From Vitrella brassicaformis CCMP3155 (Eukaryota > Protista > Chromerida), in contig CDMY01000389.1 of the NCBI GenBank assembly GCA_001179505.1, positions 25,785-89,784 on the forward strand: a stretch of 64,000 bases of DNA. The letters are read 5' to 3'. Numbering within the stretch: position 1 is the stretch's first letter; every line of letters starts with the position of its first letter. Under the pieces are notes generated by a model that saw only the letters and a list, made by a program, of their open reading frames with translations, ran no database searches and had not been told where the DNA came from. This document shows positions 1 through 12,162 of this stretch, piece by piece. Both the position numbers and the translations under genes were made by a program.

Positions 1-1719
1 AGTGCTTCGTTTCACTGCAGCGACACGGCCGAGGCGACTGGCAAGATGGATGAAATCGAAACCGCCACGGGCTGCGCCATCGCCGTCAACACACCTGGGT
101 GGGTGAACGAGGCAGTGATCGAGGCTGTGTGTCTGCACTGCATGTCTGTGTGGTGTGTGTCCTGACTGACAGGGACAACCGTTTTGAGTGTCTGGCGTTC
201 GGCGGCAACATCAAGGAGGCCAGGCGGCTGCTGCAGGACTACGCCTCCACACACGCCGCCATCCCCACACCAGCACCATCACACCCACCTCCCACACAGC
301 AGCAACAACAACAACACCAGCAGCAGCAACAGCAACAGCAGCAGCAGCAACGGCAGCAGCAAGAGGAGAAGCAGGAGCTCTCGACCCCGCCACCGCTCCC
401 TCCTCCACCGGCCGCAGCCGCACCAGGACTGGCATCCTCACCGTCCGCCTCATCAAGTTCATCTCCCTTTCAGCTCAACCATTCCTCCCACAACAACGCC
501 GGCCCATCTCGCCCACAGATCAAGACGGACAGCACGTCCAGCGCGGCGTTCTTCACACCCTCCCCGATGTTTTCGCCATCGTCGTGCGGGTCGTCGCCTC
601 TGCCCAATGCCGCTGTGGATAACAACGGCCATCAGGACAACAACGGCGTGGGGCTCCATGTCGCTCTCAATGGGCCGGTGCCAACGTCTATACCAAGGTG
701 TGTCGGGGGGTGGGCAAGCAGCCTGACACACAAGGGGTCGGGTGGTGGATGCGATGCGATGGATGCGATGCAGCGAGTCGTTTGAGTCGATGGGTGGCGA
801 TGTGCGTCTGCCGGTATCGACCTTCAACCGGATGCAGATCAAGATCAAGCAGCTCGAGGCGTCCGTCAGAAACATGAGAGCCGAACTCGACGAGGAAAAG
901 GCCAAACAGTAAGCCAACACACACCTCCACACACACAGAGACCAGGTCTTTCGGTGCATTTGTCGGTATGCTGTGTGGTGTGGCTTACAGCCCCAATGAC
1001 CACTGTAATGGCGACCCGCTGATAGGCACGTTCGGGGCTCAGTTTGCCGACCTCATGCGGCAGGTGAGACACAAAGCGCTCACAGGCAGACGGCATTTCG
1101 TGTCTCTATCCCCCCCTATGTGTGCCGTCGGTCTAATCTGCCTGTTATGTCAGAAGGAGGGAGCAGAGATGCGCATCAAGATGCTCGAGGAGGAGGTCGG
1201 ACGATGCCGCGGGCAGGTCAACACCCTCAACAACCAGCTGCAACAGGTAGGCATGCAACCAACGCACAGACACACATAAAAAGAGACAGACAGACAGACA
1301 GACCGCTCTCTCTCTTTCCCTCCCTCCCTCCCTCGCCCTTCGATGTGATTCAGACGGCCCTGACGTCGGTGCCGTACGTGTCGCCCCACGAGCTGGGTCC
1401 GATATCCCCCGAGCAGATCGCCCAGGTGCTGCCCCGCCCCGCCGCTTCCCAGCACGAGACAGAGGCCGTCCTGCGGATGGTGCAGAAGCGAGCCATCCCC
1501 TTCGCAGAGCACGAGAAGCTCCTCTTTCTCAGACACATCGAGTTCCTCGTCTATGTCCCCGGCATCCCCTGTGGCTCCTATCGCCGCGTGTGTTGGGAGG
1601 GCTGGGGGGGCGCCTTTGCGCAGCGGGGCCACGGGCTGGGTGGGATGCTGGGCTTCATGCACGAGGCGGCGCGGGCGTACGAGGAGTTCCTCGTTATGCA
1701 GGGGTATTCGTTTAAATGA
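1..1719 (+). CDS. 3' part of a multi-exon gene: degenerate KH-like domain, Q/P/S-rich linker, coiled coil, unknown C-terminal domain
   Basis: GT-AG exons join to ...KMDEIETATGCAIAVNTPG-DNRFECLAFGGNIKEARRLL (KH-like pattern IE..TG..I.V), then polyQ/polyP, coiled-coil exons (KIKQLEASVRNMRAELDEEK; RIKMLEEEVGRCRGQVNTLNNQLQQ) and a last exon ending GYSFK* at 1719. The 5' end lies outside the window. Confidence 0.6.
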
Positions 1720-3014
1720 ATGACGACTGACCACATGAATGACGTGAGCAAGGCAGGCTGGCTGTCTGGCAGCGTAGCATACATATAAAGGGTGAGGGGT
1801 GCATCGGTGGTTCGTTAGTACGTCTGTCTGTCTGTCTGTCTGTGATTAGCTCCTCCTCCCCTTTTCTCTCTGGCTGTGGTGTGCATATTGCGGGATAGAC
1901 AGATGGATGTGACGGACGGCAGTGGGTGGGGTCGGGTGGCGTGTGCGGCGTTGCCTAGATTCTTCCTTGTTGTTCTTGTCCTATTGGGCTGCTCGCACAG
2001 CACATGGCCTTGCATGGCCTGGCCGAGGGCTGGCTGCACATGAGTGAGTGAGCCTCGAGTGAGTGTATGCTCAGTATGTCTACTGCAGCTGCATCAGGAG
2101 TCGAGACTCCCACTCTCGTGCTGTCTCGACGCTTGGTGTTGCCATGGTTGAGCAGAGCACACAGTCGAGGAAGCATGCACCCAGGCTGGCCAGCTGGCAT
2201 GTGGCGCGGGCGGGGCGGGGCGGGGCGGGGCGGGGCGGCTGTAGCCCTTCTTTCTTGTGACGTACGTCAACATATACCTACCGTATGTCCACACCCATCC
2301 ATCCATCCATCCACCGTACTCCTACTCACCACATTCACACCCATACCATACACTTACCTTTCGTGCCACTGCGCACTCCCCCCCGACGACGCTGCCCCTT
2401 CCATCCATCCATCTCATGCATGTGATGTGATGTGCGCAGCGAAGTCGTCTGTGCAGACAAGAAGAAACAATGGCGGCGGTGACTGACCTACTGGCAGGAG
2501 GGAGGATACAGACATGTGTGTGTAGTGGATGGATGGACGGTTGGGTGGAGGGGTGGGTGGGTGGGTGTCTAATTGAATACTTCTCCCCTTATGGATGGTC
2601 CTTACTGTGAATGAATGTGTCACATTCGCCTCTGATCCACATCATGAAACACATCACACTCTTTGAACCGACCCATTGATTGCACCGCATCGCGTCACCA
2701 ATCTGTCTGTCTGTCTGTCTGTCGGCACTCGTGTCTTGCGACGTCACCATCGTCCCCAATACCACCCGAGATATCTCTCTCGGGTGGCAACGCGAACGAT
2801 GTGTACGTGCAAGACACAACTACCGAATATGCAATTGTCAGCTTATTACAACTATGGGATGGCTTCTCAAGTCGCGCTCAGTCAGTGAAATCTCTCTGTC
2901 TGTTTGTGCCTCCCAATACAGTGGTTGATTGAGGCAGCAACACTCTCACTCACTCAAGCACTCCATTACACAGACAACAAACACCAAACCAACACCCTCC
3001 CTCCCCCCATCACT

Positions 3015-5756
3015 TTACACTACAGTGTCCTTCTTTGACTTCGACACGCCCGACTTGCTGTCCGCAGCACCAACATCATACCCATTCACACCACCAACAC
3101 CACCACCAGCAGCAGCGCCGTCGGGCGGCGGGAAGGATGAAGGCGGCGATGGCGATGGAGACGGAGAGAGGGAGGGGGAGGGCTGCGGCCCATTATCATC
3201 GCCGCCCTTGTCCATCTTGGCCTGTGCGAAGGGGGGCAGTGCGGCCTCCTCTGGGGGTGTGGGGGCGTCGATGGCGTCGTCCGGCTGGGTGTTTGGGTTG
3301 CCCTCTATGTCGATGTCGAGCACCGGCGATGGCAGCCCCTCGCCACGCGATTGGAAGTAGCGGGCCATCTCCTGCCGCCGATCGGTATACGGCGAGGGAA
3401 AGAAATTCGGGAAGAACCTGTGAGCCCCAAGCCAGCAGAAACACACAGCGGCACTGACTAGTGGGTGTGTGTTGGGTCTACTGGCCGGGCCGGCCGACCT
3501 TTGTATGAAAGAGAAGACGAGTACATGGCCGACTGGCGAGAGGGGTATGATGAGTATGATGGTGAAGGGCACCAGGTTGAGCAGGTCGCGGCCTGTGCGG
3601 CGCAGCGCACTCACCTCGCGAGGCGACAACGTGTACCTACACGCACCGCAGCGCAGCGCAGCCACACACATCCCATCCCATCCCTCGATGGATGAGATCT
3701 TCCCTCTGTTTCTGTGGGAGTGAGTGAGTGAACTCACTGGTCGAATGCGGCGGCCTTGAACAGGCCGATGGCGTACTGTATGTCTGAGACGAGCAGCCTG
3801 GTGCCCAGCCAGTAGAAGGCGACGCCGTTCCTGATCTTGTCCGTCTGCTCCTCCAGGGAGGCCTTGATGGTGGCCCAGTCAAACCCACGCTGGAGGCCGG
3901 CCGCAAAGGGCTTGGGAGGGGGCAGCTCCAGACCTGATGGATGATGGACGGACGGATGGATGGATGGTTGGATGGGGGAGGGTGTGGTGTGGTGTGGTGT
4001 GGTGTGAGTGGGGGACTGCACTTGACTTGCCTGCTCTGGCTTTGAGCTCCTTGACTTCCACAGACAGCACCGCCAGTGTGCCCTCGTCAGACAGAGATAG
4101 CGTGCCCGTCTGACATGACATCAACACACCAACCAGACAACACACACGTTGATGCGATGCGATGCCTGCAGCCCTCATTCGGTCTCTTCTTTTGTGGTGT
4201 GAACCAAACCTGTATCCAGATCTTGAGGAGTCTGTTGAGTTTGCCCTCGAGCCTGAGGTACTCCCTGAGGAGCCCCTGGAACTGCACCGACACCGCCCCC
4301 ATCTGCGCCGACCCCCCCATGCCCATCCCACCCACAGACGCTGACGGCCCCACCACCACATCCCTCCTCACGCCGCCGTCGTTGCTGTTGACATTGACAT
4401 TGAGATTGACATTGTTGTTGCTGTTGGGTGTGTAAGAGGGTATAGTGATGTTCCTGCGGTCGAAAAGCAGCTCGAGGCGCTTGAGGTCGAGCTCGACCTG
4501 CTGGAACTTGAGCTGCCGCTTGAGGTCTTGGACCTGCCGGTCAGCCCGCGACAGCTCCCTCTCCACATCTGCACGCACACCCACGTCCTCACTGCTTGTC
4601 GAACGAATGTCCACCAACACCTCTGAATGAACACACAGGCAGGGCAGGGCAGGCAAGAAGGATGCATCGCATTGATGGCGAACGGTGGTCTTGTCTTGTC
4701 CGGTTCAATCCGCACCTCTGAGCCTGGCCCGCTCTTTCCTCGCTTCAGGCAGCTCGTCCTCTGTCTGGGAAATGTACGCACGCAAATTCTGAATCGACGG
4801 ACTCGCCTGAAAGCAACACCACACACAGACCGATCAATAAATAAGCCACAACAGCTGCATGACATGGCATGACACCGGTCGGTTCCATCCAGTCGCCTCG
4901 CCTCGGCCCCACCCACCTCAATTTGTTCTGCGAGTGAGAGTGCGGCCCGTCTGCCTTCGCCCTGTTCGTCCTCGAACCCCGGGGGTATGCCGTTCAAACG
5001 CTCCCATAGCTCCACCAGAAACCGCAGCGTGCCACGCCAGGAGCGATAGAACGCCTGACCTGTCGCTATCGCACGCTGATATGGGGACATACACACACGA
5101 AGATAGATCCACAGATCAACAGACAGACAGACAGACAGACGGACGGGAGATGAGATGAGATGAGCAGGGAAGAGGGCAGCTTGCATGTCATGTGGTTCGG
5201 TTCGGTCCGTCCGCACCTGCGTGACGTCCTCTGGCCTGAGGTCCTCCACATTGACCGCCCATTGCTCATCCACCGACACCGTCTCGTTACCATAAGGAGG
5301 AGAAGAAGCAGAAGCAGAAGTGGAAGCTGATGAAGATCTAGCACCACCACCACCAACAGCAGCAGATGCCCGCGGCTCGCTCTCTTTCTCCTTGGTGGAT
5401 GTCGATGCAGATGACGGAGACGGCTTCTCACTAAAGAGCCCACCGACAAGACTCCTGTCCCCTCTCCGCAGCTGGTGGATGGACCGCCGCGCCCATGCAG
5501 GCGTCCTCACCACCAGGGGAGGGGTGCTGACGAATGCTGGTGGTGATGATGGCAGCTGCCGGTCCGGTCTGCATCTAGAGAGGATGAGTGACGACAGTGC
5601 GGGATGAATCAAGCAGCTGAGGAGAAGCAGAGGGAGGGAGTGGGCCACCGCACTAGCCTGTGGCTGTCCGTGTGGCTGTCGCCGGCGTCGTGGCGGCTGT
5701 TCTGTCCGCACAGCAGGACCGGGGTGAGAGGGGCGGCAGTTGGGGTGGAGATCCAT
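3015..5756 (-). CDS. LETM1-like domain protein (plant/algal type), probably organelle-targeted
   Basis: Spliced product includes [81 protein letters not shown] (LETM1 TM/PP core) and upstream coiled coils. The N-terminus has a hydrophobic stretch followed by an S-rich leader. Start codon uncertain. Confidence 0.8.
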
Positions 5757-5808
5757 CGATCAGCGAAATGCAGATGGCCTCACAGCTGTGTGTGCCAGAC
5801 GCACTGCA

Positions 5809-7156
5809 ATGCGCCTTGGGAGTGCTTACGATACCACAACCTCGCAGAGGAAACTGGAAGCTCGCAAAAAATTCGAATCCTTCTGGGAAAGAAACGCCTT
5901 ATTGCGGACGCTTAGAGTGCTCACTGTGTTGGTAGAAAGGCTTTGGTGTTGGCTTGACAGGACGTGCCGTCGGTGCTGGGGGAGCTCGGCCGAGAGCCTG
6001 GAGGTCTCTATGGCGCTTGGTGACCCCTCCGTGGCCATCCAGCCCACCATCTGGCGGACACTACACAACCGTAGGCACACTCACACACTCATCGCACACA
6101 GGGGAAAGCGGCCACATGCATGAGAATCTGTGTGTGTGGTGTGCTGTGTGTGTGTGTGTGTAGGGTTCAACTTGGTGATTCTGCCGACGATACTGATACT
6201 GGCGGCGCGTGACCTTCTTCGATGGGAGTCTGACTACTACACGCAGCTGTTTGTGCTGCTGTACTTTGTGATAGACACTGCCTGGATCGGCCTCATGGGC
6301 TACAGGGTCGTCAAGGACCCCCAGTCTATTATGGTCCACCACCTTGCCGCAATCGTACTCGTCGCGGGCAGCATGCTCAAGGAGTCTTGGAGGCCTTTCT
6401 GGAGCACCGGGGCCCTCATAGGTGCGGATGTGTTGTGTGTGGTGGGTTGCTGCTTCACTCGTCAGACTCCGTGTGTTGCCTGTCCTGTCGGCTCGTCTGT
6501 GTGTGCATCAGAAGTGAGCACCATTCTGTTGCTGACGCTGAGATCGGGCAGGGTGAGCAAACAGAACAGCTGGCGTGGCTGGCATGCCCTCCTTGATCCG
6601 GAAACACACGTCTGTCTGGTCTGAATGAGTGTGTGGTATGTGTAGGTATCTAACAAGCACTTGTCGTCGATGATCCACATGGCTTTTCTGGTGAGCTGGT
6701 TCCCACTAAGGTGGGGCGTGCCCCTCTACATCATGTACAGCTGCTGTAAGCACACTCTCACGCACACACACACACACACAAGGCATGTCAGGCAGTCAGT
6801 CTCCACGATTCTTCATCCGTGTGTGTGTTGGTTCAACCGACCATTGGTTGGTTCTCTCTGCAGGGAGCAGCTTTCGGGCTGGTGAGGAGCCGATCTTCGG
6901 CATTGCTGCCATCTTTGCTGCGGCATGTGTACTGCTGCACATGCAGGTACGTACGTGCCATGGTCATGCACTCTCTGACAAATGACCAACCAACGCCTGA
7001 AACAACTAGGAACATATCACTCATATTTGTGTTGTGTGTCCTTTCTTTCTCTCTTGACGTGTGGTGTCGTCTCACTCATATGGTGGATGATAGGTCAAGT
7101 GGAGTGCGAAGCTGATGACGGGCCAGATAAGGACGATGGTCTCACACGGCCTCTGA
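5809..7156 (+). CDS. TLC (TRAM/LAG1/CLN8) domain membrane protein
   Basis: Several hydrophobic exons: YFVIDTAWI, IMVHHLAAIVL (HH motif), EVSTILLLTLR (E-x-S-T), HMAFLVSWFPLRWGVPLYIMY. Last exon VKWSAKLMTGQIRTMVSHGL* ends at 7156. Confidence 0.8.
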
Positions 7157-8808
7157 CACCGTCTCACCCACACGCGTACCGGTGTGGCTGCCGATTTGCT
7201 TTTCTTCTCCTGCCCTCTACTATACTCACTCACTCACTCCCTCTCTGGCTGGCTGGCTGCCTGTCTGGTCTGCCCTGCCCCTTTCTTCAAGACAGACGAC
7301 AGACCCTATCTTATCTATGTAGACAGACGTACGAGGATGTGTCCAGTCCATGCGTGGAGCATCGACATCGGTCCATTCAGCGATGGAGTGACTCTTTCAC
7401 CCAAAGCAGAGCAGACGGCCTTTTGTTTTTTTTGGCATGCCTGGCTGTCACATCACCCACAAACAGGCGATATGATGTGGGCAGTGAGAGTGAACTTCCT
7501 TCCATCCACCGGTCATGTCGGTCATGTATGTGATGTGATGTGCACGCCGGAGATGATTTCCTCACACGGCAGGGAGTCTCTCGGACGGCCGGGGGCGGGG
7601 CGTGGCGTGATTGGATTCTCCAGTTTTCCTGCTCGCCCTTTCTTTCTCGAGCCATGACCGTGGGATGCATTGCAAACATGACATGGATCCATCAATGGAT
7701 GGATGCATGGATGCCATCCATCATGATCGATCAAAGACCCGCCAGGCTCACCAGCCCACACACACACTACACGTGCAGTGCAGAATCCACCCGTCCGTCC
7801 AGCGATTCATCAGCGATTTTTGACGCGCTGCATGAGCTGAGAGGGACCGAATTGATTGATTGACCGACGACGGAGGGACGGAGGGAGGGTGAATGCGTGG
7901 ATGATCGAGTGGTTTGCTCGGCTACGTCTGTTGTCCGCCTGTTGTGTGTGAGGGTTTTGTTTGATGCCTGTCTGGAGATTCTGGTCCGTCTGTCAGTCGG
8001 TCGGCTGGTTGTGCTGGCTGGTTGGTTGGTTGCATTTTTGTCCCGGTTCTTGTTCCCCACTGGCTTGCTGTCTTCCTGGCTTGCTTTCCTGTGTGTAATC
8101 CTTCCTGGCTTTCTTGCCCTGGCTGACTGGCTTGGTCTCCCCCAACGATCGATCGCGTGTGCAGCTGTGATAATGAGCAGAGAGAGAGGGAGAGAGAAAG
8201 AGAGAAAGAGAGCGGGCCGTTGTTTGTGTGGGTGTACAGTTGGGGGGCGTACCGTGAGCTGCGTGGGTAACGAACGCAGTTAGTTCTGTTTTCTCCTCCT
8301 CCCTCTCTCCCTCTCCCCTTTTCGGTGTGGTGTGGTGTGGTGTGCCGGCCGGCATGTAGCCGGCGCCTTTTTGTCTGCTGTCTGCCGGGCTGTCTGTCTG
8401 TCTGTCTGTTTCTTGGTTTGTCTGTCTGTCAATGCTCTCTCATGATTGAAGGACGGGGAGTGAGGGACGGGGCCCCTCAGCACACCGAAAGGAGCCCCTC
8501 ATCTCTCCCATACATACATACATACATACATACATAACATACGCAGACAGACAGACAGACAGAACGGTGTGTTGATCGCACGATGGATGACCAGTACTTG
8601 TGCTTCCTTGGTTGTCTTGGCGAGGGTGTGGGTAGGTGAGGTGGTGGGTGGATTGCAAGGACGAACACCACATCGACGTGACGTGGGTGTATTTGTATGT
8701 TGGTGTGTGTGGTGTGTGTTCAACGCGTTGGTGTGTGGTGTGATGCTGTCTCTCTGTATTACGACTCAGTGCTGCGCGTGTTGCCCTGCGGACTGCTTGC
8801 AGCATCAC

Positions 8809-8847
8809 CTTCTTCTTCTTCTTCTTCTTCTTCTTCTTCTTCTTCTT
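8809..8847. repeat. (CTT)~13 trinucleotide microsatellite
   Basis: Perfect CTT run about 150 bp upstream of the ATG at 9002. Confidence 0.95.
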
Positions 8848-9001
8848 CATATTTAATGCCCTTGCCGTGTTCATTCGGAGCAGCCGGTCATGGTTAACCA
8901 GTCCACGCACAAAGTCACAGGGTTTTCCATTGCAGGGTTTCCACGCAGGGTTTCCATGGGGGTTTCTCGCCTTCAAGAAATACAAGAGGAACAGAAGCGA
9001 A

Positions 9002-9933
9002 ATGGATAGCAAGGACTCCGACGATGCGGACAGGTCCTGTGAGTCATCCAGCGGATCAGAGGACGCCAAGACCCAATCTGCCAAGGTGGCCAAGGAGGCT
9101 GATCCCGTCCTCCAGGATCTCCGCGCCTGCCTGCCGGCCGGTACGTATGTGTTTTGACCGCACTGCACTGCACTGTATGCACCCGCACTCACCGCTCCTC
9201 CCCAATGGCCTGTCTGCCCGCCTGCCTGCACCCTGTCTGCCTGTAGGCTCTCGTACTGGGGTGGGATTCTCTTCCATTCGGCGTGCGGGCGTCCCCGTCA
9301 AGTACGTCACCACGCTAGGGGGCGCGCCTCGCGTCAGTCGCTCCTGCTCCGTCTACGGCGCCAAGGCGGCACTTCGCCAAGTCATCGAGGCGCGCAATCG
9401 GAAGGCCAGGGAGGCGGGCCTGCCTCTGCTGGAGGGGTATGAGCAAGTGCTCGAGAGGCACTTCCCATCGTCTGGGTCAGCAGATGACGATGAGGGGGCG
9501 GGGGAGAGTGCGGCGGGAGACCGGACAGATCAGCACCGAGTGGCCACCAACAAGAGGAAGAGCAAGGGTGCCGAGAGCGGTGCTGATGACGGTGCCGACG
9601 ATGAGGCCGAGGACGGTGAGGACGGCATGCGGGCTGTGAAGAAGGCTAGGAAGGGGACCGGCAAACGATCTGGCCGTCTCAACGAGAGACAGCTGTATTT
9701 CTTGGCGGTCCACTTCCAGTCCTATCTGCAGCCGATACGGCAGCTCGCCAACCAGCAGGGTGTCAAGACATTCAGCATTCGGTGGCCTTCTGGCAAGAAC
9801 ACGCTGGTGTGCAAGCATCCGGAAGAGAGAGTGCCTTACAAGGATGTAGAGCGAGGCGCAAAGGGCATCCAGGTCAGCCCGGATGAGGAGTGGGGGGGCA
9901 GATATGGATGACCGGACTCTCATGTTCTCTCTA

Positions 9934-9966
<33 letters not shown>

Positions 9967-10953
9967 GTGTCTGTCTGTGCATCTTGTGTTGCGTCAGGAG
10001 TGTTTGCGTCGTGCGATCGCCAAGCGCGTCAACTTGATGGGGCCTGACAACCGGCTCAAAGGATGGCAGGCGGCCCTGGAAGGCCCTCAGGTACACTTCG
10101 ACCCTACGATCGACTACAAAGTGCGTCAACCGAATTACTAGTAAATGCAGGAAGTGGATACACATCTATTAAGCTGTGATGGCGTGCGTGTGTGTGTGTG
10201 TGTGTGTGCAGGCCCTGTATGAGTCTCAGCGCACCAAGGACAGGGCCGCTGGACAAGAGCGAGCGAGTGCAGCGAGTGGACTCGACCCGACCGGCGTTGT
10301 GCGTGCATTGAGGCGAGTATGGGACCCTACAGGAAACAAGAACAGCTCCAACTTCGGCATCGGCGGCCGCAAGGACAGCAAGGATCCCCGCTTCGTCGCG
10401 AAGGTGGGCGAGAACCCTAGCAAGACCTTCTCGATCCGCGTGCACGGGCGCAAGACGGCGCTCATTATGGCTGTCAACGAGCGCAATCGCCAGGCGGCCG
10501 AGAACGGGGCCCTCTCGCCCATCGTTGGGTACGAGGGGGTGGCCGACTCATTCGAGCGGGGCGAGATTGGCGTGGCTATGGCAGCTGATGGGACGGGATC
10601 GGTGGCTCCTTCAGCCAAATCTGATGCCATCGAGTCATCCAACCTGGCCGACTCCAAGCAGCTGCGTGAGGCCGGGAGGCCGGTCTTGGACATGATGATG
10701 GAGGAGTCGTCGAGCGACAGCGACAGCGATGACGACAGGGTCATTCCGATGAGGCGTGGGAGGGAGGGGGCGCGGGGGCTGTGGGGTGGGAGCGGCTTGG
10801 CTGACCATGACATTGTCGAGGCCGTGAGGAAGGTGCACGGCCTGGAGAAAGTCGCACTTAGGCTGCACAAGGTCAGTCGACACACATACACGTCGACACT
10901 TGTGATTGATTATGTCCGTCTCCCTCTCTATCAGGGCGAGGTGTCTGCTGGTC
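9002..10953 (+). CDS. ApiAP2-like transcription factor, copy A (three AP2-like domains, start of SAM-like tail; 3' end lost in gap)
   Basis: AP2-like segments GVGF...SRSCSVYGAKAALRQVIEARNRKA; GVKTFSIRW...ECLRRAIAKR; NFGIGG...SKTFSIRVHGRKTALIMAVNERNRQA (compare the ApiAP2 pattern K.FS...G...A...A...R). Basic NLS-like stretches are present, and the exon structure matches copy B. Confidence 0.6.
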
Positions 10954-11253
10954 NNNNNNNNNNNNNNNNNNNNNNNNNNNNNNNNNNNNNNNNNNNNNNN
11001 NNNNNNNNNNNNNNNNNNNNNNNNNNNNNNNNNNNNNNNNNNNNNNNNNNNNNNNNNNNNNNNNNNNNNNNNNNNNNNNNNNNNNNNNNNNNNNNNNNNN
11101 NNNNNNNNNNNNNNNNNNNNNNNNNNNNNNNNNNNNNNNNNNNNNNNNNNNNNNNNNNNNNNNNNNNNNNNNNNNNNNNNNNNNNNNNNNNNNNNNNNNN
11201 NNNNNNNNNNNNNNNNNNNNNNNNNNNNNNNNNNNNNNNNNNNNNNNNNNNNN
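10954..11253. other. Scaffold gap (300 N); others at 16295-16594, 21504-21803 and 57269-57568
   Basis: All four N runs are exactly 300 nt, so they are placeholder gaps of unknown true size. Confidence 0.98.
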
Positions 11254-11976
11254 GGCCACGCCCGAAGCCAGACATCCTGGCGGCGCTGGCGGTGGCTTTA
11301 ATGACGCGTCCCGATTTGTTTGCGAGCTGAGCATGCTTTGACGGAAAAATTCTTACCCTTAACCACCCCCCATCAGGGAAAGCACGAACGAGGTCCGTGT
11401 AGGTTTTGCGTCATCCCAGGGGGGAATCCGTGTCGTTGATCTTTGCTGACTGCCGCGATGAGTGAACTGGTTGAGGGCGGCTGCCTGTGCGGCACAGCGC
11501 TTCACGATCCGCATGACTGACGCGGAGCCCATTCATCCGCCCACCCTCTGCTGCTGCCGTATGTGCCAGAAATGCCTCGGTAAGTTCCAATGCTCTCTCT
11601 TCACCCGTGCGCGATACGTCTCGTCTGTGTGCCTCATTTTTTGGTGTGCTTTGTGTTGTGCAGGTGCTCCGGCGGGCCTGTTCATGTGCGTTGACCGTGA
11701 GAACTTCACTCTGACCAGCACCGCGGAAGTCAAGACGTGCGAGACCTGGCACACGACCTGTCGGAACGTCCGCATGTTCTGCAGCAAGTGCGGGGCGCAC
11801 TTCGCGTTCGAGTCGCCCACGGATCTGCCAGGTGGGTGGGGTGTGGTGTGTCTGCCGCACGATGACAGACAGACAGGGAGGCACCTCTGCATCGATTGGC
11901 TCTGTCTGTGTGTGTGTGTGTGTCAGGTATGGTGACGGTAGCTGTGTGCTGTTTCGACGACCCGTCCAAGTATCCC
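11254..11976. repeat. Copy of 63278-64000 (DDX42 first codons, intergenic region, GFA gene 5' part)
   Basis: Sequence immediately after gap 1 matches 63278-64000 at a constant offset of 52024, with no differences seen by eye. Confidence 0.95.
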
Positions 11977-12162
11977 CCCATTGAAGCCGTGTTCTGTGAG
12001 TCCAAGGTCGAGTGGTTCGACCTGGGCGGCGTCACCGGATACGACGTGTGGAGCCCCGGCCTCACCAGGGTGTTCGAAGACTACGCCGAGAAGATCAAGC
12101 ACGCGGAGAAGATAAAGCAGGGGGAGGAGACCGCCTCGCGGAAATCCACCATGGATGAGTGA
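11458..12162 (+). CDS. GFA / CENP-V family Zn-binding protein, with a frameshift near codon 12-14
   Basis: MSELVEGGCLCG in the frame of ATG 11458. LCCCRMCQKCLG, RMFCSKCGAHF, FDDPSKYPPIEAVFCESKVEW lie in the +1 frame and later exons. This gives the CxC...CxCxxC...CxxC pattern of the GFA family. Stop at 12162. Confidence 0.8.

Noticed and set aside
1955-2930. Several short ORFs between the first gene and the LETM1-like gene
   Set aside because: Dominated by microsatellites; no consistent exon chain or recognisable motif.
7300-7700. Trp-rich ORF fragment (AWSIDIGPFSDG...FWHAWLSHHP)
   Set aside because: Could be a coding relic or 3' UTR of the TLC gene; no family recognised and no clear start or splice context.
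8440-9231. 263-aa minus-strand ORF with a poly-Lys run
   Set aside because: The Lys run is the reverse complement of the (CTT)n microsatellite, and the ORF overlaps AP2 gene A in antisense; no domain signal.
10873-11334. ORFs containing long X runs (also around 16.3, 21.5 and 57.3 kb)
   Set aside because: Artefacts of translating through N gaps; e.g. the [11 protein letters not shown] tail of ORF 10176-11330 is antisense DDX42 sequence, not part of the AP2 gene.
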